From contig MU053216.1 in assembly GCA_013239625.1 (NCBI GenBank), forward strand, positions 1,452,943 to 1,516,942: a stretch of 64,000 nucleotides of DNA, given 5' to 3'. This document shows positions 25,371 to 36,235 of this stretch, piece by piece. The DNA comes from Lama guanicoe. Its lineage: Eukaryota. A program made the translations under genes and the position numbers. The notes below the pieces were generated by a model. That model did no database searches and was not told the origin of the DNA. It saw only the letters and a program-made list of their open reading frames with translations. How positions within the stretch are numbered: the first letter of the stretch is position 1; each line of letters starts with the position of its first letter.

Positions 25371-28279
25371 CCCTTGTTTAATAACTGAAAACACTCTCCT
25401 TCCTTCACAGCTGTGTTGACCAGCAGTGAGCCAGCCTTAAGCTTCACAGCGGCCTTGGCGTGATGCACAGGCTCCACTGTGAACTGCAGGATGCGGAGCT
25501 GCACACACTCAAACTCCAGCATCACAGGAACTAAACAGAGGCTGTTAGTGGGACAAATTTAAAAGACAAATTACTTGATTTTAAGATATTATTATAAAAT
25601 GTATACACGATAGATTTTTATTTCCTATCACAATAAAAAGTGACTCACGTAGGTGATTTGGGACCTAAACGTTAGCTGTGCCAAGAAAAGTGACGGCTCA
25701 TCATCAGGATTACAAACTCCTCTACACGGGTGCATCCACCTGATACTCATTTACGGCTTTCACATCCATTCTCACACGTGATCTTCATAACAACACAGTG
25801 AAACTGTCAAATCGGACAATATACAGGTAACTACTGGGAACATACACACTGAACAGGGACCTGTGTGTGGCCGGCACTGTCCTAGACGTGCATCTGTCTT
25901 CAGCGCTAACAATCCTCCTGCCCCTGTTTTGCAGGCAAGGAGCTCGAGAAAGGTTATCTCGCCCAAGAGCACACAGGTGATGAGTGCAGAGCCTTAGCTC
26001 TAAACCATCTGCACAAGGAGATTCAGAAATAACAACGGTTTGCCAAGATCACCGAGCTGGAAGGTGGAAGACAAGAGGGGCTATTTCCATTTTATAATGA
26101 CGAACTCACAAACCTAAGTTATGAAAGCGTAAGTTTTAGAAAGAACGTAAGGAAAAGGGAAGGGCTCCACAGCAAGTCAAAGAATGTTCCAAGAATATGG
26201 CAAAAACAGATTATTCCACCCCAAAAGAATGCAAAACTGCAGAGTATTGTAAAATAGGTCACTTTGAGAAACAGGCCTTCAAGAACTAAATATGCTTAAA
26301 AGAAGACTTCCAGAATGTCTCTCATTTTGCCAGCAGTACAAGATTACCTTTTTTTTTTTAAATCTGGAGTTGTATCACATTTTAAAACAAATGAACTGGA
26401 ACAGCATACTAGAAAATAAACAAGCAAAACTGAAGGTAAGAGGCCTCACCTGCCTCCTCACCTGTTAAGAACAAGAAGGTCAGAAATTAAAACCGCAGGA
26501 ACGGGCAGGGGGATCCACTCCCAGACCTGCGAAGGGTGGGAGCCAGGTCCGCCTTGCGCACCAGGACCTCAGCAAGAGCCTGCCTTAAGCGTGCTGTTAT
26601 CAGTCCGGACTAGAGCTAGGCGCTGAGGTGAACCACCACCCGAACGCCCGGGCTGCAGGCCGAGGGAGGAGAAAGTGTTGCTCAAGGCAGTCTTCTATGA
26701 CGCTGGGTCAGCCACCAGTTGCGTCCACACGCCAGCCAACAACACACTTCTCTAAAATGGTGAACGGTCGGGAGGTACGAGGGGAAAGCAGTTAGAAATA
26801 GCACCACTCAATCTGGGAGCACTGCCTTATTTCCAAATGTAAAAATTATTTCTAAGACAATTACCAAGACAGAACTTGTGAGTTTCAAAAAACTCCAACT
26901 AAAAGTAGGCCCTGGAGCTTGAACTCCAAATTAACCAAAAGACGTAAAAATGGTCAGTAACATTTCTAAAAATCTCATAGTACTTTTCTAAAACTTTAGT
27001 CATAGCCTTGTCCTGGAGGGACCCCCAGATTCTGCACCAGGAATCGTAACGGCCTCCTTGCCCTGCTGTGAGCCTGCGCCTTCCCCGGGCCACTCTACTT
27101 CTGCAGCAGCCCCCTCTCAAAGGCAAACCTTTTTCCAGCTAACCCGCATCACTAGTGTCAGGAAGGCAGAGTGGGGAACAGGGAGCTTTGGGGAAGCATG
27201 GGCTTTGCATTTCAAAAGCCGAGGGGACGGTGAGCAGGACGGTGAGCGCAGCAGCTCCCTTCTGAGTGCAGGTGTCCCCGGGCTCCACGGCCAGCCGTGC
27301 CCGCTCTCGCCACGGCCTCCTCCACCTCCCCGCCCGCCGCACCCAGGCGCCCAGGCTCCCTGCTGCTGCCAACAGCCCCTGGGCCCGGGCACCAGCTGCT
27401 CCTCTGCCCGCGGCCCGGGCTCAGCCCTCCTGCTCAGAACTCATCTCCTCAGAACCACCTGTCCTGAGCACCCGGTCAGCCGCCTGTCACTTCTCTGCAG
27501 AACAGTTACTGCCACCCCCCCAACATTCAGATATCCACCACCCCCACATAACCACAGGGAGAGCAGCCCCTTTCCTGCCCTCGGTCACCAGCACCTAGAG
27601 CAGTGCCTGGAGCACAGCGGGCAGGCAGGTGTTCATGCGCAGTGTGGAGTGCTCAGCAGAGCCAGGCCTGCAAGACGACAGCGGGCGGTGAAATCAGCTG
27701 AGGTGCTAGCGCCCCATCCCTGAGCTGAAGGCCCTCCTCCACTCCTCCTCCTGCCCTGTGGGGAGCAAGCGCCTCTTCTGAGCCCCAGATCCTTACAGCC
27801 CTTCCCCTGGGCTTCACAAAGAAACCTCACACCCCAAACCAGAGCCAGGCTTCACAATGACAGGCAGTAACGAACACCCAAAGGGGAAGAGTAGCCTGAA
27901 CTCTGGGAGCCGGACTGAGGGGAAGTGTCACTGGGGACACACGGGGTTCGACACGCACCTGTCACAGATGCAGCTGCATGTGACGCCTGATGTGCATGCT
28001 TCCTAGCTCAGCCTGCTGACCCCCAGCAGCAACAGCCCACACCTCCATCTCACCTTCCAATACCCCTCCCGCCCAAAGGAACCAGGGCTCTTCCAGAAAT
28101 GCCGTTTTCCAGGCTGGAGCAGGAAAAGCACACGGTCAGCAGAGACCACACGTGTCCCAGGAAGTAAGGAAACGCTAACGACTGATGCGGCCGTGTCAGA
28201 GGTCACAGGGTCAGCGGAAGGAGATCCCATCGGCCAAATCTGAGACAACTTGAACATCAAAATAGTGATAAACGTAGAA

Positions 28280-28385
28280 GGGTATGAAAACGAATATAGG
28301 TACGTACGTGCATGACTGGGCCACCGTGCTGTGCCCCAGAAACTGACACACTGTAACTGATTGTGCTTCAATAAAAATAAACAAC
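28280..28385 (+). mobile_element. Younger L1 3' stub inside an older L1
   Basis: GTGCATGACTGGG...GCTGTGCCCCAGAAACTGACACACTGTAACTGATTGTGCTTCAATAAAAATAA. Confidence 0.65.
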
Positions 28386-29238
28386 TAAAGATAACAAAGG
28401 ACTATAATCCACTGAATAAAACAAGAATGAGTCCATCCTGATGTAAACAAGTAAGGGCTATGTGAAGTGAGACTGCACATTAAAGTATGTAAGTACGCGG
28501 AAGACAGAAAACTTCCGTGTAGCAGGATACAGACTAAAAGTGGGATTAAAGTCAACGGGATAAGAACTGACTCAAGCAAGAGCCACTCTGGACGCTAAAC
28601 TGGTAGGTAATCATCTGACGAACAGGGCATTTCAAATGATCTCCCCACAAACTGCTTATCAATTTAAAGTGGAAATTAATAGTTTTATAGTGAAGAAAAG
28701 CAGCTGGTACCACTTTAAGCAAGTGATCAAAGTCTACATCACCAACTGAACGCAGCCCGTGTGCTCCTGCCACGCCTGCCACGCCGACTGAAAACACAGC
28801 GCCCTTCTGTGGTGGTCCCACCAGATGTGCATGGCTCGGGTCTAACCGTGAACACACACCACACAAACCCACACTGAGGGCCACTCCAGAAAATAACGGG
28901 CCCACTGCTTTATAAGATCAAAGTACACTTCAATGAAGGAAAAACTCCACACTGCAGGCTCAGACATTCGGGCGCCGAGAACAGACATTTCATACTCCTT
29001 CCCTCCCCCTTGACCCCCACCCCACGTCCCCAGCATCCCTGTGTCTGAGGATGTCAAGCTGTCGGGCCCCGGGAGGAAAAGAGGTAAGGCAGCCCTCCTC
29101 TGTCCGGGGATCTCTCCTCTGGGGCTGCCTGGCTGTCCGACGGACTGTCTCTGGTGCCTCCTGGACACCCCTGCCCAGGTTCCCTGTGGAACGCAGGGAC
29201 CAGGCCAGGCAGGGGCAACAAGGCACCTTGGCTGCTGG

Positions 29239-29282
29239 NNNNNNNNNNNNNNNNNNNNNNNNNNNNNNNNNNNNNNNNNNNN
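29239..29282. other. Assembly gap (44 N)
   Basis: Run of n characters. Confidence 1.
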
Positions 29283-31569
29283 CACTGGGGGTGGGAGGGT
29301 CTCCATTCCCGAGTCCCCATCAACGCCTGTCTGGGGGCAGGTGTCTGTGCGCCGCTTCCTCACACTGTCGAGGTGTTGTTGCGGAGACACTGCCAGCAGC
29401 CACGCCAGGATCATCCCATCAGCCCAGTCGTGGAGACCAATGGCGGGACGAGGATCCGGCACTCCACAGAGACCCAGTGGCCCCTGCAGGGAGCTGCCTG
29501 CTTGAGCCAGGTGCACAGGACAACGCCCATGGCAGGGGCTTGACGCCCAGCTCAGCACGCAGCTGGGGTGCTCAGGCTCCAAAATGCCAATGTCACGACA
29601 GACAAAGGCAGGCTCGAGAACCACTCCAGGTTAGGGAGGTTCCAGGCCCAGGGCAGCTACATGCAACATGCAGTCCTAGACTGGGTCTGGGAATGGGGAA
29701 AAAGTAGCCATAATGGACATTAAGACGATGGCAAATTTGAATGCAGGATGTGGATTAGATAACAATATCATACTAACATGATTTTTATCACTTTACTGAG
29801 ATCATCTGAGATTTATCATCCATCTTAGGAGACAGCCTGAAGTATTCGGGGTAGGGGGTACAATATCTTTAATTCACTCTCAAACAGCACAGAAAATACA
29901 CACACACACAAAACGTGTATTTGCGTGGGAGGAAGGGCCGGGGAGAGAGTGATAAAACAAACGGGAGGAACGTGAACACAGCCAACTCTGGGTAAAGGGT
30001 GTTCAGAAGTTCCTTGTACTACTATTCCTGTACTTTTGAAATTAAGCTGAAAAAAGTCATAAAATCTCAAAATGCTCCAAATCAGTCTTTTCCCCCAAAC
30101 CTGATCAGCCTCCAGTGTTCCCACATCAAAGAAGCACACCACGGCCAGGACGTACAGCCAGGACCCAGGGAGTCAGCATGGACGCCCCCTCCCTCAGCCC
30201 CTGTCAAGGCCACCCCCTTCTCACGGTCTCAGCTCGCATCTCCCTGCCCGGGCCCTGAGGACTGTCCTTCTGAACTATTGATTTGCCCCTGAATTTGTCT
30301 TTCCACGTTCGTTCTTGTCCCCCCTCCAAACCATTCTCTACTACAGCCAGAATCTGCTTTTTTCCCATGAGCAAAGCTGAGCACGTCACACACCACCGTC
30401 AACCCAAACCCTGGGGTTTTCAGTGACTTCAAGTTCTTTAAGGATTAAAAGCCTTCTGAGCTGCAAGGAAGAGATGACTCTGTCCCCGCCCCTCTGCGTG
30501 GACGGGTGTCCCTGCCAGCCACACGCCGCTCCTGGAACGAGGTCCTCCCGCTACGCAGCCTCTGCCTGTGCTGGTCACTCTGCTCGAAATGCTCTTTCTC
30601 CCCTGCAGACTGGGAGGGGCCCAGAACGGGGCCCGTGATCCATTCACTTTGGTCCAATTTCTCCCCATAAAGGGAAAGAACACAGCATTTAACCTGCCTT
30701 CCTTGTACAATGTACTTTTACTTTCAAGACTATTCAATTCTATTATAAAAGATGCGTATGTTTGTAAAATATGTGTGAAATCTTTTAAGATAGCTGCAGT
30801 ACAGGTAAGCACTAGTAAGCAAAGAGTCTGTTAGTCACAGAATCCACAGGACGTATCAAATAAACGTAAGTGGTTAGCAGCATGTGTGTGTTAAACACAG
30901 GAGGGGATGGAAAAGCCAGAGACCCAATGTCCATGAGGTACCAAGGTGCTAACTATTCCTGATGCACAAAATACACAAGGCAATAAATACTCATGACGCA
31001 TTAAACATGCAAGAGACAAAACAAACAATAGGCAATGCACACTAAATACACGTGAGCACTAATGTTCATGAGCCCGTAACTGGGCACCCATCAGTGACAC
31101 ACATTCTGGCCTGGTGTCATCTGCCCAAGGAACACAAAACCACGGCTATCCATCAGACTTCTTGGCCAGTCGCAGCTGCGGCCGGCACGCTTGCCCGAGT
31201 CTGTGATGGAGCAGGTGTGCGGCCTGTGTCACTGCGGGCCTCGCTGCCCGACTCTGCCTGGGTCCTGCGGCCACACCACCTGTGAGGAAGGCGAACGCAG
31301 CAGGAGAGCCGGACGCAGGAAGGAGCACCGCGCTGCAGGCCCGGGGTGGGGGGGGCACCTCCCTCCCCGCCTGCACTCCACCCCACGTGTGCTACCTCAG
31401 CCCGTCTCTTCCCCTTGCTTCTCACTGCAGACTGACTTCACAAACCGCATGATGTAAGCGCTCTGATTTGGTCCATGACCCCTGGGGTCGTTTGCCTGGT
31501 TGTGCACTTGGAGACCACAACTCAAGAGGGTAGTCTCTCACTCAGGGTAACCAAACACTTGCTAAAGGG

Positions 31570-32395
31570 ACGTTTCTTCTTAAAAGAGGATTCCAGCTTA
31601 AATGAAGAAGTCATGAGAGGAAGAGAAATAAAGAGACGTCAACTGCCTCCTGGTGGAAGTACGCCGCACCTGTGAAGCGTGCAAAAAGTCCAACCTGAAT
31701 CTGTGTGACTCTCTAGATTCAGCTGTCAGTTTATAAGAAACACAGGGGACAAAAGGAGCCTGTCAGGCAGGGCCATGGAGCTCCAGACCGGGAGACTACC
31801 GGACAAACACTTGGGCTTCTTTTCTGTAATTTATTTTATGTTTATTATCACATTCCACGATGTTAGGGTTTTTTTTTCCTTTTTATGTATGTATTTTTTG
31901 TTAAAGAACAGTCAGTTTACAATGTTGTGTAAACACTCTGGCTTCTGCAAGAAGTAAACTGCAAGGAAGACAAAATGAGATGGAGAGGGAGCCTATGTAT
32001 TTAAAAAGCTTAAAGAGACGTATCAACCAATTGCAAAGGATGGATGGCCCTTATCTAGATGCTGACTGGAAGAGGTGAACCGTAAAACCAAAACATGAAA
32101 ACAAAAGACGGCCAGCAACATGGAGAGGTGTGATGAAGGCAGCAGTGCTGGGCTGATGGCAGAGCGATGGCCAAGCTTCAGGAGGGGTCCCCGACTTTCA
32201 GAGACACGTACTAATTTATTTATAGATGAAATGACACTATGTCCGGGATTTGCTTCAGATGACCAGCGGGGGGGCTGGGAGGAGCACACAAGCCAAGGCT
32301 GGCCAGGAGTTGCTGGTTGTGGAGGCTGGGTGAAGAGCACATGGAAGTTTTCTGTCATTATATATACATATTTGAGATTTCCTACAATCAAATGG
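31570..32395 (+). mobile_element. Old L1MC-like 3' region
   Basis: GAGACGTATCAACCAATTGCAA...; ends GTTTTCTGTCATTATATATACATATTTGAGATTTCCTACAAT. Confidence 0.6.
31821..31930 (-). mobile_element. Tiny L1 3' stub with double A-tail and 16-bp TSD
   Basis: Flanks AAACACTTGGGCTTCT (31805-31820) / AAACACTCTGGCTTCT (31931-31946); interrupts an older L1. Confidence 0.65.
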
Positions 32396-32515
32396 CTTTG
32401 TTTGTTTAACGAGAAAGAAAGAAACAAAAGATAGGGAACTTTCATGGAGATCAAGCAGAGCTCTGAACGGTGGCACACAGGCTGGAGGCAGGAGGAAGGG
32501 AGCGGGCAGTGGGCT

Positions 32516-32545
32516 GGCCCCCATCACCCAGGCCCCCATCACCCG
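32516..32545. repeat. 15-bp tandem duplication
   Basis: GGCCCCCATCACCCA / GGCCCCCATCACCCG. Confidence 0.85.
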
Positions 32546-33060
32546 GGCTCCCGTCACGCCAGCCCCACCTCAGAGCTCTTCCAGCCCCACGAGCTGGTGT
32601 AAGTCCTTCAACTGCCAGACAACCTGAGTGGGGTTTCCGCGAGAACAAGTGAAGACCCGACATGCTCTCCCACCCACTTTGGACCAACTCTAGCCAGGGT
32701 CCCGCCTCCACTCTCCCGGAGACGTGTTCCCAGCCAAGTCGTCACCAAACCCAGCGGAGCTCTGGGGACATCTCCCAGCGGCACGCTCTCTTCCCAGGCC
32801 TGGGGTCCCACCCCTCGCTTCTCCATCCTGCTCTCTGGTCACCCACATCTGGCTCTCTGCTGCTCCCCTGTGCTGGGGCCCCTTCTCTCTCCACGTGCTC
32901 CCGCAAGCTGCAAGGTGACCGGCAGTTACTCCCTTTTCACTGTAATCACCACCCCACCTCTCGTCCCGAGACCCTCTAAGCCCTCACGTCAGTGTACAAG
33001 GGCCCAGTGCTCACACCACCATCTCAGGTATCTCTCAGTCTCAGCGCTACTCCCCGCTCC

Positions 33061-33088
33061 ACACACATACACACACACACACACACAC
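33061..33088. repeat. (CA)n microsatellite
   Basis: ACACACATACACACACACACACACACAC. Confidence 0.9.
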
Positions 33089-34694
33089 CCGGCCCTCTTC
33101 CACTAATCTGTTCCTCAGTAAAAAGAAAAATCAATCCCAACACTGCCCACAACACCACCTCTGTGTCCAACCAGTCACCAAGTCCTATCTTTATATCTGT
33201 CCACCTCTTCCCATATCCTCACCATCCAGAGCCACCCTGCCATCACCCTCGCCTGGACCACAACCACCTTCTAGCGTCTCCCCCTCACAACTCATGGTCT
33301 CCCTCCAGCACATTTTCTCCTCTGTTTCCAAGAGATCTTCTTGTCTGTTGTGGTCCAGTACACACAACATAAAAGTCACCATTTCTACCATCTGTAAGTG
33401 CACTTTTTGAAAAGCAGACTCCGATGACATCACCAAGTTTAAAACAGGAACTGAGCGGCTCAGGGTCCAGGAGGAAGGCGGCTTTCCACTACATCCATCC
33501 TTTATACCGTTTGACTTCTGAATCTGTGCCTGGCTCACCTATTCAAAAAATATTACGTGTCAAAAGTAAAATTTTAAGAATTTATAATCAAGACCTCTAA
33601 AATCTGAGTAGCTAAAAAAGAAAAAAGTATTTCTGCTGTTTCAAAATCTGTTACAATACAAAATTCTACAAAATGCATAAATTTACAAGTCAGCAATTCT
33701 TGTTATTTGAATGCCACACACACACAAAAAAGGAAAACAAGAACACAGTTGAAAGAGAATCCTGAAAGTAACAGCAAAATGCCAGCAGAAGAGAATGAGA
33801 CCATCCACTTTGAAACTTTCCTTTGCTGAGGACAAATCTCTTTTGAAATATTTCAAACATTTTTTAATTTCAAAAGCCGAGAGTACTTAAAATTTGCTTG
33901 TAATTCCCATTTGATAGAAAATGGTTCGAAGGAGAGGGCTGGCAATGGGGGGAACATGGTAGTTTCAAAATAACCTGTAAAGATCATACACACACATTTC
34001 CAGGAATCTCTGTGGAATATGGAGCGGGGAGACGAACACTTTCTCAATGAACTGAAATTCCATTTCTTTATCTCAAAAAGCCATTCTCAGGTGCTTCATA
34101 AAGACCCAAGGCATCACACTGAGGGTGCAGCCGTGAGGGTTACAGAGTTTGTTTCCCTTCTAGTGGTGGAATCCCAGCCTCTTGTTTTGTTTTTCCTAGT
34201 ATGTGGTGAAGAAAATATTTTTAATAAAGAGAAGTCTTGGAAATTACTAAAGAAATAAAATCTCATTTCACAATGGGAACAGAACATCCAAAGGCAGCCT
34301 AAGTGTGAGATGTACCAACTCACATTTCAACGCATGTGTTTTTCTTCTGAAAAACGCAGAGCAAAACGCTTATTATCGTGACTATTCACCAAGCAGGGAA
34401 ACCAAGGAAAAAGCCCCCAAAGAGGGGAGCAGGCGATGATAGGAGAACTGGAAAGAACGAGGGCGTCAGCCTTTACCCTAGGATGTTACGCTGACGAAGG
34501 GTCCGTGTTTAAAAAGAAAAGGAGAAACTATGCAAGGCAGGGGATGGAAAGTGCTCAGTGAGACCAGAGAAAGCAATCATCACCTCGGCAGAAGCGCCAC
34601 ACTCATCACTGCTCAGAAACGTGTAACGTTAATTTACGGATCATTATTTGTACTTCACCAATAGAAGAGGTCCATAAGCTGGTATACGTAAAAG

Positions 34695-34875
34695 ACCAGC
34701 TCCACTGCAGGGGACACGCGTGGCTGCACAACCGGCGCAGGAGCGGGGGTGGGGACGGCTACTGCCCACCTACTGGGTAGGGGCCAGGGATGCTGCTAAA
34801 ATCTTACAACGCATAGGACGGCCCCCCAGAAAACAGACTGACCAGCCAACAGTCCTGCGGCTGGGAAACCCCACT
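34695..34875 (+). mobile_element. MER20-like (hAT-Charlie) DNA transposon
   Basis: GCTACTG...TGGGTAGGGGCCAGGGATGCTGCTAAAATCTTACAACGCATAGGACGGCCCCC...GCTGGGAAACCC. Confidence 0.7.
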
Positions 34876-36040
34876 TCAGAGCTACAGAAGAGGAAATAAA
34901 ATCATATCTACTTAATAGGTTGTCCTCGGAATTAACATAATGTACTTAAAATGTTCAAAATTGTACTCAACACACAAAGCATCATTCAATAAATCACAGT
35001 AGTTTTTTAAAATCCAACGTGCTTAGGATAATTTATTTATCTACTAAATAAATACCAAATTCCTTAACCTAGTTCTTGGAACTGTCCCAGCTTACCTGTC
35101 AAGCTGGGCTCTCCCACTGCTTCATCACAAAAACCTCCTCCAATCCAAGGGCCTCTGTTGTTTCACTCACAAGACCTGGGTTTCAAGCTCCATGTCTGCA
35201 CACAAACCACGTCCTCCACCCACCAGGCCGCCTCCCTTCCGGTGGCTCTAACCGCCACCTCCACCCCAGGCTTCCCTCCCAGACCGCAGCTGCGCGTGCC
35301 CCGGCTCCGACCTCCCCCGCCCGCAGGTCACGGCCAGTCACACCACTCCGTGCGTCCCGAGCTCTGGCGCAGGTACCACCTGCCACGCCCGGACCAGGGC
35401 GCCGCGCTTAGGGGGAAGGCACGGTTTAGACACCTGCAGCACCCGACGCTGCTAACAAGACCGCCCCCCGAAGCCCTCTCTCCCAGGGCCGCGGTATTAC
35501 CGCACATTCTTACTTCTCTTCCTGGCTCTCTGGTCGCTCTAATTCTGCCGCCTTTTCCTCAAACGACCCTCCAGAACTACCCCAGGTGTTCACTACCCTA
35601 GATGCTGTCTCCAACTGTTCTCTCCCTCTATGAGCTCAGGTACTTCCAACTGTAATTACCCTTTATACCCAGAAGCCTCCCAGCTTGTTACGCTGTTTTG
35701 TAGCCTGAGCAGGTCAGCCACACTCCACACCTCCAACTCCACTGGTTTCCTCGGCTCAGCACGTCGAGTTCAAGGTTCCCCACGCAAAGCTGACTTCCCA
35801 CTCCAACCATGCCTTCTCTGCCAATCGCAGGCACCGTGGCTCATTCTCCCAGTCACCAAATGACGAACGCTCGATAACCGCGTTCTCCTCAACACCTCAG
35901 GCGACCTCAGCCTCCGGCGGACTTAAACTGCTCCCCTGCACTCCAAGTGCCTTCACTTAGAAACACTCGGGATAGTATCTTGGCAACATTTTGCTATCTC
36001 CTGCCTCTTTTCCACTAATTGGACGTCCGCCCACACAGCA

Positions 36041-36235
36041 GGGTGGTTACGAGCGCAGGCTGGAGTCAGAGTCCCGGGTCAGAACCCGTGTGCTGGGTGG
36101 CTCCGGACGCGCTCCCAGCCTCTACGCCTCGCTTTCCGCACCAGGAGCGCTGGCGTCGCAGGTCCCACCTCTCAGGGCCGTCACGGAGATTCGAGTGAGC
36201 CGACACGGGGGCAGTGCCCGACACAGTGAGTCCCC
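36041..36235 (+). mobile_element. MIR, strongly GC/CpG-shifted
   Basis: GTGGTTACGAGCGCAGGCTGGAGTCAGA...CCTCTACGCCTCGCTTTCCGCACC...CCCACCTCTCAGGGCCGTCACGGAGATTCGAGTGAG...CAGTGCCCGACACAGTGAG is colinear with the MIR consensus. Confidence 0.6.

Larger units (their letters stand above)
28000..30060 (+). mobile_element. Old L1MC-like 3' region, interrupted
   Basis: L1MC-like phrases (AAGCAAGTGATCAAAGTCTACATCACCA; GCAAATTTGAATGCAGGATGTGGATTAGATAA; CTGGGTAAAGGGTGTTCAGAAGTTCCTTGTACTACTATTCC). Subfamily from memory. Confidence 0.65.

Noticed and set aside
28842..29707. 260, 218 and 154 aa ORFs
   Set aside because: They span the N gap and GC-rich sequence; no recognisable protein.
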